Shown here: one piece after another, positions 1-8,889 of the stretch
Layout of the letters: every line of letters starts with the position of its first letter
Numbering within the stretch: position 1 is the stretch's first letter
Assembly (NCBI GenBank): GCA_013203625.1
Contig: JABMPX010000002.1
Location: 1 to 41,038, forward strand
Direction of reading: 5' to 3'
DNA length: 41,038 nt
Origin: Parcubacteria group bacterium
GTDB lineage: Bacteria > Patescibacteriota > Minisyncoccia > Portnoybacterales > UBA2143
Position numbers and translations under genes: made by a program
Notes under the pieces: model-generated
Databases searched by the model: none
What the model was told of the DNA's origin: nothing
The model's input: the letters and a program-made list of their open reading frames with translations, nothing else

Positions 1-1801
1 AGTACATTCTTACTGCATCTGCCCCGTATTGATTAATATATTTATCTGGATTAACTATATTACCTTTTGACTTACTAATTTTGGCTCCATTGCTAATAAG
101 TAACCCATGTGCTCGAAATTTTTTGAATGGCTCTTCTTCTGGGATATATCCCAATTGATGTAAAACCATAGTTATAAAACGGGAATATAAAAGATGTAGA
201 ACGCTATGTTCTTTGCCACCAATATACATATCAACTGGCATCCATTTTTTAAGACGTTTTTTGTCTAAAGCCTGATCATCAAATTCAGTAGAAAGATAAC
301 GCAGATAATACCAACTAGAATCAACAAAAGGATCGGAAACATCTGTTTCTCTTTTAGCTGAACTACCACATTTAGGACAAGTAGTATTAACAAATTCTTT
401 AATCTTGTTTAAGGGACCTTTGCCTGAACCATCTGGTAGAAAATCATCCATATCAGGCAAAAGGACTGGCAAGTCTTTTTCTGGAACTGGCACCCAGCCA
501 CAATTCTTACATTTAATCATTGGGATAGGCGGCCCCCAGTATCTCTGACGACTAATACACCAATCCCGTAATTTATAATTAACTGATCTCTTGCCTAATT
601 TTTTCTTTCCCAGCCATTTAATTATTTCTGTTTCTGCTTTTTTAGTTGCTAAATTATTTAAAAAGTCAGAATTAATTGAAACACTTTCACCTGTAAAACA
701 TTCTTTATCTGTTTTTAAAACCTTAATAATATCTAAATTAAATTTCTTGGCAAATTCCATATCTCTCTCGTCGTGTGCAGGCACAGCCATAATTGCTCCT
801 GTACCATAACCTGACAAAACATAATCAGCTACATATAAAGGAATTTCTTTACCATTTACTGGATTAATAGCCATTAACCCTTTAATTTCCACGCCAGTTT
901 TATCTTTATTCAAATCAGTTCTATCTAGATCTGATTTTATTTTTGCTTTTTTTATATATTTTTCTATTTCTGAATAATTTTTAATTTTTGATTGAAACTT
1001 ACTTAATAATTCGTGCTCTGGGCAGACAACCATGTAAGTACAACCAAATAAAGTATCAGGTCGAGTAGTAAATACTTCTAGAATATAATCTAAATTTTTA
1101 ATTTTGAACTTAACTGAAGAACCTTGGCTTTTACCGATCCAATTTTTTTGGATTACTTTAACATCTTCGCTCCAATCAATCCAATCTAAATTTTTTAATA
1201 ATTTTTCTGCATAATCAGTGATGCGCCAAAACCATTGCTCCATATCTTTTTTTTCTACTTGAGCTTCGCATCGTTCACATCTGCCAGTAATAACCTGTTC
1301 ATTAGAAAGAACAGTTTTACAACTCGGACACCAATTAACTGATGACTTTTTACGATAAGCTAATCCTTTTTCATACATCTTTAAAAAGAGCCATTGTGTC
1401 CATTTATAATAATTAGGCTTATAAGTTTCAACTGTTCTAGCCCAATCATAAGCATTACCAATCATATGAAGTTGTTTATAGAAATTCTTTTCAGTTCGAG
1501 AAGAGACATCTTTAATATGTTCCTTTATTTTAATAGCGTAATTTTCAGAATGTATGCCAAAACCATCTAATCCAATTGGCTCAAAAACATCATGCCCCTG
1601 AAGATGCATAAAACGTCCATAGACATCACTATGAACAAAGGCATACATATTCCCAATATGCAATCCTTCAGCAGAAGGATATGGGAACATCATCAAGTTA
1701 TAATATGGTTTTTTTACTTTATCTAAATCAACTTGATATATTTTGTCTTCTTCCCATTTCTTTTGCCACTTTTTTTCTATTTTATTTGGATTGTATTTCA
1801 T
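1..1801 (-). CDS. leuS: Leucine--tRNA ligase (3' end runs off the window; missing from the ORF track)
   Basis: Manual translation from ATG at 1801 gives MKYNPNKIEKKWQKKWEE...MMFPYPSAEGLHIGN, plus YGTGAIMAVPAHD, DWCISRQRYWGPPIP and the KMSKS-equivalent KISKS at 68-82. Confidence 0.96.
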   Translation of the reverse strand, partial: MKYNPNKIEKKWQKKWEEDKIYQVDLDKVKKPYYNLMMFPYPSAEGLHIGNMYAFVHSDVYGRFMHLQGHDVFEPIGLDGFGIHSENYAIKIKEHIKDVSSRTEKNFYKQLHMIGNAYDWARTVETYKPNYYKWTQWLFLKMYEKGLAYRKKSSVNWCPSCKTVLSNEQVITGRCERCEAQVEKKDMEQWFWRITDYAEKLLKNLDWIDWSEDVKVIQKNWIGKSQGSSVKFKIKNLDYILEVFTTRPDTLFGCTYMVVCPEHELLSKFQSKIKNYSEIEKYIKKAKIKSDLDRTDLNKDKTGVEIKGLMAINPVNGKEIPLYVADYVLSGYGTGAIMAVPAHDERDMEFAKKFNLDIIKVLKTDKECFTGESVSINSDFLNNLATKKAETEIIKWLGKKKLGKRSVNYKLRDWCISRQRYWGPPIPMIKCKNCGWVPVPEKDLPVLLPDMDDFLPDGSGKGPLNKIKEFVNTTCPKCGSSAKRETDVSDPFVDSSWYYLRYLSTEFDDQALDKKRLKKWMPVDMYIGGKEHSVLHLLYSRFITMVLHQLGYIPEEEPFKKFRAHGLLISNGAKISKSKGNIVNPDKYINQYGADAVRMY

Positions 1802-1810
1802 AATTTTAAA

Positions 1811-2662
1811 CTATATCCCAAATAACTTTCTTGCGTTTTGGGTTGTTTGTTTAGCCACTTTTTCAAATTTAATTCCTTTAATTTCAGCTATTTTTTCTGC
1901 AACATATTTTACATATAAAGGTTCGTTTCTTTTATCCCGATGCGGAACTGGAGTTAAATATGGCGTATCTGTTTCTAATAATATTTTTTCTAAAGGTAAA
2001 TTCTTAATTACTTTATCATAATCCCTAGCATAGGTAATAATGCCGTTAAGGCCGAAATAAAAGCCCATTTCTAATAATTTTTCTGCTTGAGACCAGCGAC
2101 CAACAAAACAATGGATTACGCCTCTTAATCCAGATGAGCAAGCCATAGGACAATGAGCGCAACCCATATTAAACATTTGCAAAATCTCTATCAAGTCATT
2201 GTATGCTTTGCAGCAGTGAAAAACAATTGGTTTATTCATTTGCTGGGCTAATTCCAATTGCTCTATTAAAACTTCTTTATGCTTGTCTTTTATCTTTTGA
2301 TTGATGCCATCAATTCCGTATTCCAAACCAATTTCTCCCATAGCAACTACTTTGGGATTCTCTAATAATTTCTGGTATTTCCCCTGGTCAAATTTCTCAA
2401 TTTTACGCTCTTTTTCTAATAATTCGCTTTTATCAAGGCCGTCCTGGCAAATATGAATAGGATGAAGCCCAACAATTGCATAAACCCCCTGTTTATGCTT
2501 TTCTGCATATTTAACAGCTCTTTTACTGCTGCTATATTGAGCTCCAACATTAATTACCCAAATATTTTCTTTTAATGCCCGTTTAATAACTTCATCGCCA
2601 TCATCCTTAAAAGCGTTAAAATTAATATGAGCATGAGTATCAATTAATAAAGGTTTAGACAT
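1811..2662 (-). CDS. tatD: TatD family hydrolase/DNase
   Basis: LIDTHAH, GLHP, GEIGL, HCF, LLETDTPYL and RNEP motifs. Confidence 0.95.
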   Translation of the reverse strand: MSKPLLIDTHAHINFNAFKDDGDEVIKRALKENIWVINVGAQYSSSKRAVKYAEKHKQGVYAIVGLHPIHICQDGLDKSELLEKERKIEKFDQGKYQKLLENPKVVAMGEIGLEYGIDGINQKIKDKHKEVLIEQLELAQQMNKPIVFHCCKAYNDLIEILQMFNMGCAHCPMACSSGLRGVIHCFVGRWSQAEKLLEMGFYFGLNGIITYARDYDKVIKNLPLEKILLETDTPYLTPVPHRDKRNEPLYVKYVAEKIAEIKGIKFEKVAKQTTQNARKLFGI

Positions 2663-2668
2663 AGAAAT

Positions 2669-2697
2669 ATATTAGCTCATTTAGAACCTATTTTCAA
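2669..2697 (-). promoter_or_regulatory. sigma70-type promoter for tatD-leuS, probably leaderless
   Basis: TTGAAA-17 bp-TAATAT, with the ATG 6 nt after the -10. Confidence 0.6.
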
Positions 2698-2772
2698 GTA
2701 GAAAAATTCTTGCTATAATAAATTAGGAGTTAATTTGTGTAAAATTTGTTATCGGAAAGGAGGGTCACTGGA

Positions 2773-2886
2773 ATGAGAAAGAACCTTGGATCAGAAAGAA
2801 AAAGAATCGAAGTGTTAAGAGTCCTAAATAAGAAAAAGGCGATAGCAAAGGTAAAGAAACCTATCTGTAAATCTTGTAACAAATAA
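2773..2886 (+). CDS. Small basic protein, 37 aa, with C-terminal CxxC (MRKNLGSERKRIEVLRVLNKKKAIAKVKKPICKSCNK)
   Basis: Strong SD (AAAGGAGGG) upstream, extended -10 TGCTATAAT at 2711-2719, downstream hairpins and terminator; below the ORF-track cutoff. Confidence 0.55.
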   Translation: MRKNLGSERKRIEVLRVLNKKKAIAKVKKPICKSCNK

Positions 2887-2982
2887 CAACACGAAAAACG
2901 GTGAGCTCTTCAAATAAGAAGAGCTCCCAAAAATTTTACGGTGATACTAGTAATTGCTTACGTATCGGAAAGTTAAGAAATA

Positions 2983-3006
2983 AAAAAGCCCCATCAGGGG
3001 CTTTTT
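2983..3006. terminator. Bidirectional intrinsic terminator
   Basis: AAAAAGCCCC-ATCA-GGGGCTTTTT between the convergent small ORF and metG. Confidence 0.8.
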
Positions 3007-3025
3007 AAAAATAACTTTCTTAACT

Positions 3026-4465
3026 TTATAATCGGGGAAATAATGCCTCGGTTTTTTTATTTTGCTTGATTTGCTTTAAAATTTCCTCTGAAGTTTCCGG
3101 CATAAATGGCTCTAATAGTAAAGCAATTTCTCTTATTGTTGTCAATAGTTGAGATAAAACTTCTTTGGCTTTATCTTGATTATTTTCAACAAGCTCCCAT
3201 GGCTTATTTTTCTCAATACACTCATCACAGAAACTAATTAATTGCCAGATTGATTCTAAAGCATCATTAAATTTAATTTCTTCCATTGCTTTATTATATT
3301 TCTCTTGAACTAATCTGATTTCTGAGTTAAATTCTTTATCAGATTCTTCGCTATTGCTCAGAATGACGCCTGCTTTTTCTGACAAAGTTAAAACTCTACT
3401 TACCAAATTACCTAACCCATTAGCTAAGTCAGAATTATAACGCTCTTCTAATCGCTTAATGCTAAAATCGCCATCCTGACCAAAAGAAATTTCTTTCAAA
3501 AGAAAATATCTAATCGTATCTGCTCCGTATTTATCAACCAAATAGATTGGATCAACAACATTGCCTAAAGATTTGGACATCTTTTGTCCATTAATAGTTA
3601 AATAACCATGAACAAAAATTTTCTTTGGTAATTTCAATCCTATGGCTAAAAGCAAAGCTGGCCAAAAAATAGCATGAAATTTAACAATATCTTTGGCTAT
3701 CAGATGTAAATCAGCTGGCCAATATTTATTAAATTTTTTAGAATCATCTTTATAGCCAATAGCAGTGATATAGTTTTGAAGGGCCTCTACCCACACATAT
3801 GTTTTCTGTTCTTTATCAAAAGGCAGATCAATTCCCCATTTTACATTTTGTCGAGAGATAGAAAAATTACCTAAATCCTGTTTTAATAAAGATAAAACTT
3901 CTTTTTTGCGCTCTTTTGGTTCTATTATCAATTTATCGCTTTCGATAAGTTTCTTCACTTGAGGTAGAAAATCATTAAGTTTAAAAAAATAGTTTGTTTC
4001 TGAAATTAATTTTGGCTCTTTTTGATGATCAGGGCATTTGCCATTAATTAATTCTTTTTTAGTAATAAACTTTTCGCAGCCAATACAATATAATCCCCTA
4101 TATTCATCTTGATAAATTTTTCCGCTTTCTTTTAATTTTAATAAAAATTTTTCTACTCCTTTCTTATGTCTTTCATCTGTTGTCCGTATAAAATCACTAT
4201 ATTCAATATTAAGTTTTTCCCACGCCTTTTTAAAAGATTTAACAATCTTATCAACAAATTCTTGTGGTGTTTTTCCTGCTTTTTCTGCTGCTTGGGCAAT
4301 TTTTTCTCCATGTTCATCTGTTCCAGTTAAAAAGAAAACTTCCTCGCCTAATTTACGATGATAGCGAGCTAAAACGTCGGCCGCCACAGTAGTATAAGCC
4401 GTGCCAATATGTGGAGCTTGATTAGTATAATATATTGGAGTAGTGATATAAAATTTCTTTTTCAT
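3026..4465 (-). CDS. metG: Methionine--tRNA ligase (short form, no C-terminal tRNA-binding domain)
   Basis: FYITTPIYY, HIGT, LTGTDEHG, Zn knuckle CxxC..CxxH, KMSKSLGN. Confidence 0.97.
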   Translation of the reverse strand: MKKKFYITTPIYYTNQAPHIGTAYTTVAADVLARYHRKLGEEVFFLTGTDEHGEKIAQAAEKAGKTPQEFVDKIVKSFKKAWEKLNIEYSDFIRTTDERHKKGVEKFLLKLKESGKIYQDEYRGLYCIGCEKFITKKELINGKCPDHQKEPKLISETNYFFKLNDFLPQVKKLIESDKLIIEPKERKKEVLSLLKQDLGNFSISRQNVKWGIDLPFDKEQKTYVWVEALQNYITAIGYKDDSKKFNKYWPADLHLIAKDIVKFHAIFWPALLLAIGLKLPKKIFVHGYLTINGQKMSKSLGNVVDPIYLVDKYGADTIRYFLLKEISFGQDGDFSIKRLEERYNSDLANGLGNLVSRVLTLSEKAGVILSNSEESDKEFNSEIRLVQEKYNKAMEEIKFNDALESIWQLISFCDECIEKNKPWELVENNQDKAKEVLSQLLTTIREIALLLEPFMPETSEEILKQIKQNKKTEALFPRL

Positions 4466-4466
4466 A

Positions 4467-5147
4467 TTATTTTTCTACAATAACAACAAATTCTCCTTTG
4501 AATTCTTCTTTTGGTAATAAATTAATTTGTTCAATAATTTCCTCAATATCTCCCCGATAAACTGTTTCAAATTTTTTAGTTAATTCACGACAAACTACAA
4601 TCCTTCTTTCATTTTCTAAAGCATTTTTTAATTCTTCCAGTGTTTTCTTGATTCTATGGATTGATTCATAGAAGATAACTGTTTTCTCCATATTAGAAAC
4701 TTCCTGAAAAAACTTTTTTCTTTTTTTCTTTGCTGGAGGAAAGCCGAGAAAAATAAATTTATCAGCTGAAAACCCAGAAATACTTAAAGCAGAAATTAAA
4801 GCTGAAGGGCCAGGAATAGGAATAATTTTTAAATCAGGCTGTTCCTTGACTAAATAATCAATTAACTTTGCTCCTGGATCACTAATGCAAGGCGTGCCAG
4901 CATCAGAAACTAAAGCCAAATTCTTGTCTTTTTTTAATTGTTCTAAGATACGCTCAATTTTAGTTAATTTGCTATGCTGATGATAGCTAATAGTTGGCTT
5001 TGAAATTTTGTAATGACTTAATAATTTTTTTGTTACCCTGGTATCTTCGCAAAGAATTAAATCAACTTCTTTTAAAATTCGCAGAGCCCTAAAAGACAAA
5101 TCTTCCAAATTGCCAATAGGAGTAGCAATGATGTATAAAGTAGCCAT
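4467..5147 (-). CDS. rsmI: 16S rRNA (C1402-2'-O)-methyltransferase
   Basis: LYIIATPIGNLED, CEDTR, VSDAGTPCISDPG, RELTK. Confidence 0.96.
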   Translation of the reverse strand: MATLYIIATPIGNLEDLSFRALRILKEVDLILCEDTRVTKKLLSHYKISKPTISYHQHSKLTKIERILEQLKKDKNLALVSDAGTPCISDPGAKLIDYLVKEQPDLKIIPIPGPSALISALSISGFSADKFIFLGFPPAKKKRKKFFQEVSNMEKTVIFYESIHRIKKTLEELKNALENERRIVVCRELTKKFETVYRGDIEEIIEQINLLPKEEFKGEFVVIVEK

Positions 5148-5162
5148 GGTCTAATTGTATCT

Positions 5163-5189
5163 AAAAACCGTCCCTTTTGGCAAGGACGG
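5163..5189 (-). terminator. Intrinsic terminator of the upstream operon, overlapping the rsmI promoter
   Basis: Minus strand CCGTCC...GGACGG followed by TTTTT; overlaps TTGCCA-18 bp-TACAAT (5154-5183), with the rsmI ATG 6 nt after the -10. Confidence 0.6.
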
Positions 5190-5218
5190 CTATGTATTCT
5201 TTCCTTTCTGTATTAAAT

Positions 5219-6235
5219 TTAAGCAGATTTTTTTTGGAAATCTTTAAGAAATTCAGCTACGGCTGCAGCCAAAGGAACAGCTAAAATAAGTCCCAGAATC
5301 CCAGCTAGTTTAGCGCCAATCAACATAACAATAATAATCACTATTGGATTTAGACCAACTGTTTTTCTCATTACTTGAGGCACAATAATATAATTTTCTA
5401 ATTGCTGAATAACAATATAGAGAAGAAGAACTAATAAAGCCAAGAATGGCGCCTGAAAAAAAGCTAAAATAACTGCCGGAATAGCTGCAATAATTGGCCC
5501 GATATAAGGAATAATTTCTAAAATAGCAGCTATTAAAGCTAAAATCAGAACATACTTTATTCCTAAAAAATAAAGACCAATAAAGGTTAAACAGCCAATA
5601 ATTAGCATCAACAAAAGCTGCCCTCTTAACCATCCGCCTATTTTACCTTCAATCCGCCCAATTAGATCAGAAATATAAGATTGATGTTCTTCGGGAGTTA
5701 AAGAAATTAGAAACTTTTTAGCCCCTTTTTCCTGAACAGCCAAATAAAAAGATATAACTAAAATAATAACTGCTGAAAATAAGCCGCCAAAAAAGCTGAT
5801 TGTCGTAGCAAAGACGCTTGAAGCAGCTTGGGCTAATTTATTGCCAAGATTGTCTAAAAACCCCTGTAAATCTCCTTGGGCCTGGTAATGTCCATACCAC
5901 TCTTGAACACTTAATCCTATTTTCCCGGTAATTTCAGGAAAATGAGCAGCTAATTGTTTAATTTGTTCAGACAAAGGAGGAAAAATTAAAGTAACAATCA
6001 AACCTACTAATAAAAGAACAGATAAATAAATAAAAACTACTCCTAAAAGACGATGTATTTTATGTCTTTGGAGCCAGCTAACTGGTCCATTAATAGCCGC
6101 GGCAATAACTACAGAAAGAAAAACAATAATTAAAATATCTCTAATCAGATATAAAAAAACTAAACCTAAAATAATTAGGATAATTCGGAAAACAGTAGAA
6201 GTAGAAATATTAATTGTTTGTGAATTATTATTCAT
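5219..6235 (-). CDS. AI-2E family (PerM/UPF0118) transporter
   Basis: Multi-TM protein; WLRGQL, IPYIGP, QQLENYIIVP and GLILAVP motifs. Confidence 0.92.
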   Translation of the reverse strand: MNNNSQTINISTSTVFRIILIILGLVFLYLIRDILIIVFLSVVIAAAINGPVSWLQRHKIHRLLGVVFIYLSVLLLVGLIVTLIFPPLSEQIKQLAAHFPEITGKIGLSVQEWYGHYQAQGDLQGFLDNLGNKLAQAASSVFATTISFFGGLFSAVIILVISFYLAVQEKGAKKFLISLTPEEHQSYISDLIGRIEGKIGGWLRGQLLLMLIIGCLTFIGLYFLGIKYVLILALIAAILEIIPYIGPIIAAIPAVILAFFQAPFLALLVLLLYIVIQQLENYIIVPQVMRKTVGLNPIVIIIVMLIGAKLAGILGLILAVPLAAAVAEFLKDFQKKSA

Positions 6236-6236
6236 C

Positions 6237-7502
6237 TTAAATTTTTAATAATTTATCAAATCTATTTTTATCCTTGAATGGTCCGATTAAAGCCAAATTA
6301 AGTTTTTCCGGCCTAAATATGTCCTTAGCCACTCGTTGGATATCATTAACAGTTACTGCATCAATTTTAGCGAACTTTTGCTCTAAAGTCAAAATTTTAT
6401 CAGTTAAAAGCTCTTGAAGAGCGTAAAAAGAAGCTTGTTCATCTGATGATTCCATACTGATTAAAGCTGATCCCTTAATATGATCTTTGGCTTTCTTTAG
6501 CTCTTTTGGACCAACTTTTTGTTTAGTAATTTTTTTAAATTCTTCCAAAATAGTTTTAATAGCCTTATCAACTTTTTGATTATCAACTCCTGAACTAACA
6601 ACTAAACAACCAACATCTGTGTCCATATCTGCTTCGGCTTTTATATAATAAGCTAACCCCTGTCTTTCTCTAACAGAAATAAACAAACGTGAACTCATAT
6701 ATCCACCTAAAATATCTCCTAAAATACTTAAAGCATATCTATCTGGATGAAATATATTATATGCTCTAACTCCTAAGATTAAATGTGTCTGGTCAGTTTT
6801 TTTATAATAAATTGAAGCTTGTGGCTTAACTTGTTTTTCTTTAACTGCTAATTTATTTTCAACTTGATCACAATTAATTTTTTGAAAATATTTTTTGATT
6901 TTATCAATGGTTTCTTTTTGATTAATATTGCCAGCTACAGCAATAATTGTATTTTTAGAAGAATAGTGATTTTTTAAATAATTTATAAAATCATTTTTTT
7001 GCATTCTTTTAATTGTATTTTCATTGCCAACAATATGCCAACCAGATGGTTGGTCTTCGTACAAAAGCTTAAGCCAAAGATATCCTACATAATTCATCGG
7101 TATATCGAAAATCATATTTAATTCTTGCAAAATAGTGCCGCGTTCTCTATCTATCTCTTTTCCATCAAAAAGTGAATTTATATAAATATCAGAAACCCAA
7201 TCAAGAGCTAAATCTAAATGGCTAGCATCAATTTTCGCCCAGTAACCAGTATATTCCTGCGAGGTAAAAGCATTATAATGTCCTCCTATCTGATCTAATG
7301 GTTCAATTAATTTTAAAGTATTAGGACGCTTTTTAGTGCCCTTAAAAAACATATGCTCTAAAAAATGAGAAAGGCCATTAATTTCTTTTGTCTCATACTT
7401 AGAGCCAGTACCAACTAGTAATAAAACAGCAGCTGTCTTAGTATTTTTAGCTGGAACTGTAATAATCCGCAACCCATTTTTAAGAGTAGTTTTTTTGTAC
7501 AT
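6237..7502 (-). CDS. M16 family zinc peptidase
   Basis: Inverted zincin HFLEH, NAFTS, SSRLF..VRERQGLAY. Confidence 0.94.
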   Translation of the reverse strand: MYKKTTLKNGLRIITVPAKNTKTAAVLLLVGTGSKYETKEINGLSHFLEHMFFKGTKKRPNTLKLIEPLDQIGGHYNAFTSQEYTGYWAKIDASHLDLALDWVSDIYINSLFDGKEIDRERGTILQELNMIFDIPMNYVGYLWLKLLYEDQPSGWHIVGNENTIKRMQKNDFINYLKNHYSSKNTIIAVAGNINQKETIDKIKKYFQKINCDQVENKLAVKEKQVKPQASIYYKKTDQTHLILGVRAYNIFHPDRYALSILGDILGGYMSSRLFISVRERQGLAYYIKAEADMDTDVGCLVVSSGVDNQKVDKAIKTILEEFKKITKQKVGPKELKKAKDHIKGSALISMESSDEQASFYALQELLTDKILTLEQKFAKIDAVTVNDIQRVAKDIFRPEKLNLALIGPFKDKNRFDKLLKI

Positions 7503-7511
7503 ATTGAAAAA

Positions 7512-8870
7512 TTAAGATAATTTATTTCTTAAATACTCAATTAATTCTTTGATTTTAACTCGTTCCTGCTTCATAGTATCACGATCGCGAACTGTTAAAT
7601 CATCGTTTTCTAAGCTGTCAAAATCTATAGTCAAGCACATTAATGTGCCAATTTCATCTTGTCTGCGATAGCGCTTGCCAATATTCCCATTATCATCAAA
7701 TTCACAGATAAATTCTGGCTTAAGCTGTTCATAAACTTCTTTGGCTTTTTTAACTAATTCCGGTTTATTCCTAAGCAAAGGGAAAACCGCTATTTGAATC
7801 GGAGCAATTTCTTTAGGAAATTTTAGGACAATTCTTTTTTCTCCTTTAATTTCTTCTTCGTTATAAGCTGATAAAAGCGCTACTAATAATGCTCTATCAA
7901 CGCCAAATGTAGGCTCTAAAACATGTGGTGTAAATTTTTTATTATTCTCTGCGTCAAAATATTCTAATTTCTCATTAGAGTATTTTGAATGTTGCGACAA
8001 ATCAAAATCTCCGCGATGAGCCAAGCCAAATAATTCTTCAAAGCCAAAAGGATACTTATATTCAATGTCTACTGTTTTCTTAGAATAATGGGAAAGCTTT
8101 TCTTTTGGATGTTCACGCTTACGTAAATTTTCTTTTTTAGCGCCAATTTCCATAATAAACTCTTCCTGAAGATTAAGCCACTCATCAAATAATGATTCCC
8201 ATTTTGCTTCTGGATTAATAAAATACTCTATTTCCATTTGTTCAAATTCACGCGTTCTGAAAATAAAATTTCCGGCTATAATCTCATTACGAAACGCCTT
8301 GCCAATTTGAGCAATGCCAAAAGGTATTTTAACGCGCATAGAATCAATAATATTTTTAAAATTGATAAAAATTGCACCAGCTGTTTCCGGTCTTAAATAC
8401 ACCTTATCTTCAATCCCATTCATTTCTGTCTGAAACATCATATTAAAATTCTTTGCTTCAGTCCAATCAGAAGCGCCGCAATCAGGGCATCTAACTTTTT
8501 TTTCTCTAAGTATTTTGGTCATCTCTTCAAGCTCTCCTTCCATGTCTTCCCCGGCAATCTTTTTTACTAAATGGTCTGCCCTAAATCTTTTCTTACATTC
8601 TTTACAATCAACCATGGCATCATTAAATCCAGTTAAATGACCAGATGCTTCCCATAGCTTAGGATGAAGAAGAATAGAGCCGTCAATCCCAATAATGTCT
8701 TGCCTTTGATGAACAAATTTTTCCCACCAAAGCTTTTTAATATTATTTTTTAATTCTACGCCATAAGGGCCATAATCATAAGCATTGGCAAAACCGCCAT
8801 AAATTTCCGAGCAAGGAAAAATAAATCCTCGTCTTTTGCAAAGTGATACAATTTTTTCCATTGTAACCAT
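7512..8870 (-). CDS. glyS: Glycine--tRNA ligase, alpha2 (homodimeric) type
   Basis: YDYGPYG, YLRPETA, FRNEI, REFEQME, IGKRYRRQDEIG. Confidence 0.96.
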   Translation of the reverse strand: MVTMEKIVSLCKRRGFIFPCSEIYGGFANAYDYGPYGVELKNNIKKLWWEKFVHQRQDIIGIDGSILLHPKLWEASGHLTGFNDAMVDCKECKKRFRADHLVKKIAGEDMEGELEEMTKILREKKVRCPDCGASDWTEAKNFNMMFQTEMNGIEDKVYLRPETAGAIFINFKNIIDSMRVKIPFGIAQIGKAFRNEIIAGNFIFRTREFEQMEIEYFINPEAKWESLFDEWLNLQEEFIMEIGAKKENLRKREHPKEKLSHYSKKTVDIEYKYPFGFEELFGLAHRGDFDLSQHSKYSNEKLEYFDAENNKKFTPHVLEPTFGVDRALLVALLSAYNEEEIKGEKRIVLKFPKEIAPIQIAVFPLLRNKPELVKKAKEVYEQLKPEFICEFDDNGNIGKRYRRQDEIGTLMCLTIDFDSLENDDLTVRDRDTMKQERVKIKELIEYLRNKLS

Positions 8871-8889
8871 AATTTTAAAATTTATATTT

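Noticed and set aside
2701-3006. tmRNA, tRNA or RNase P RNA in the tatD-metG gap
   Set aside because: No tRNA-like acceptor/T-arm ends or RNase P conserved motifs were seen.
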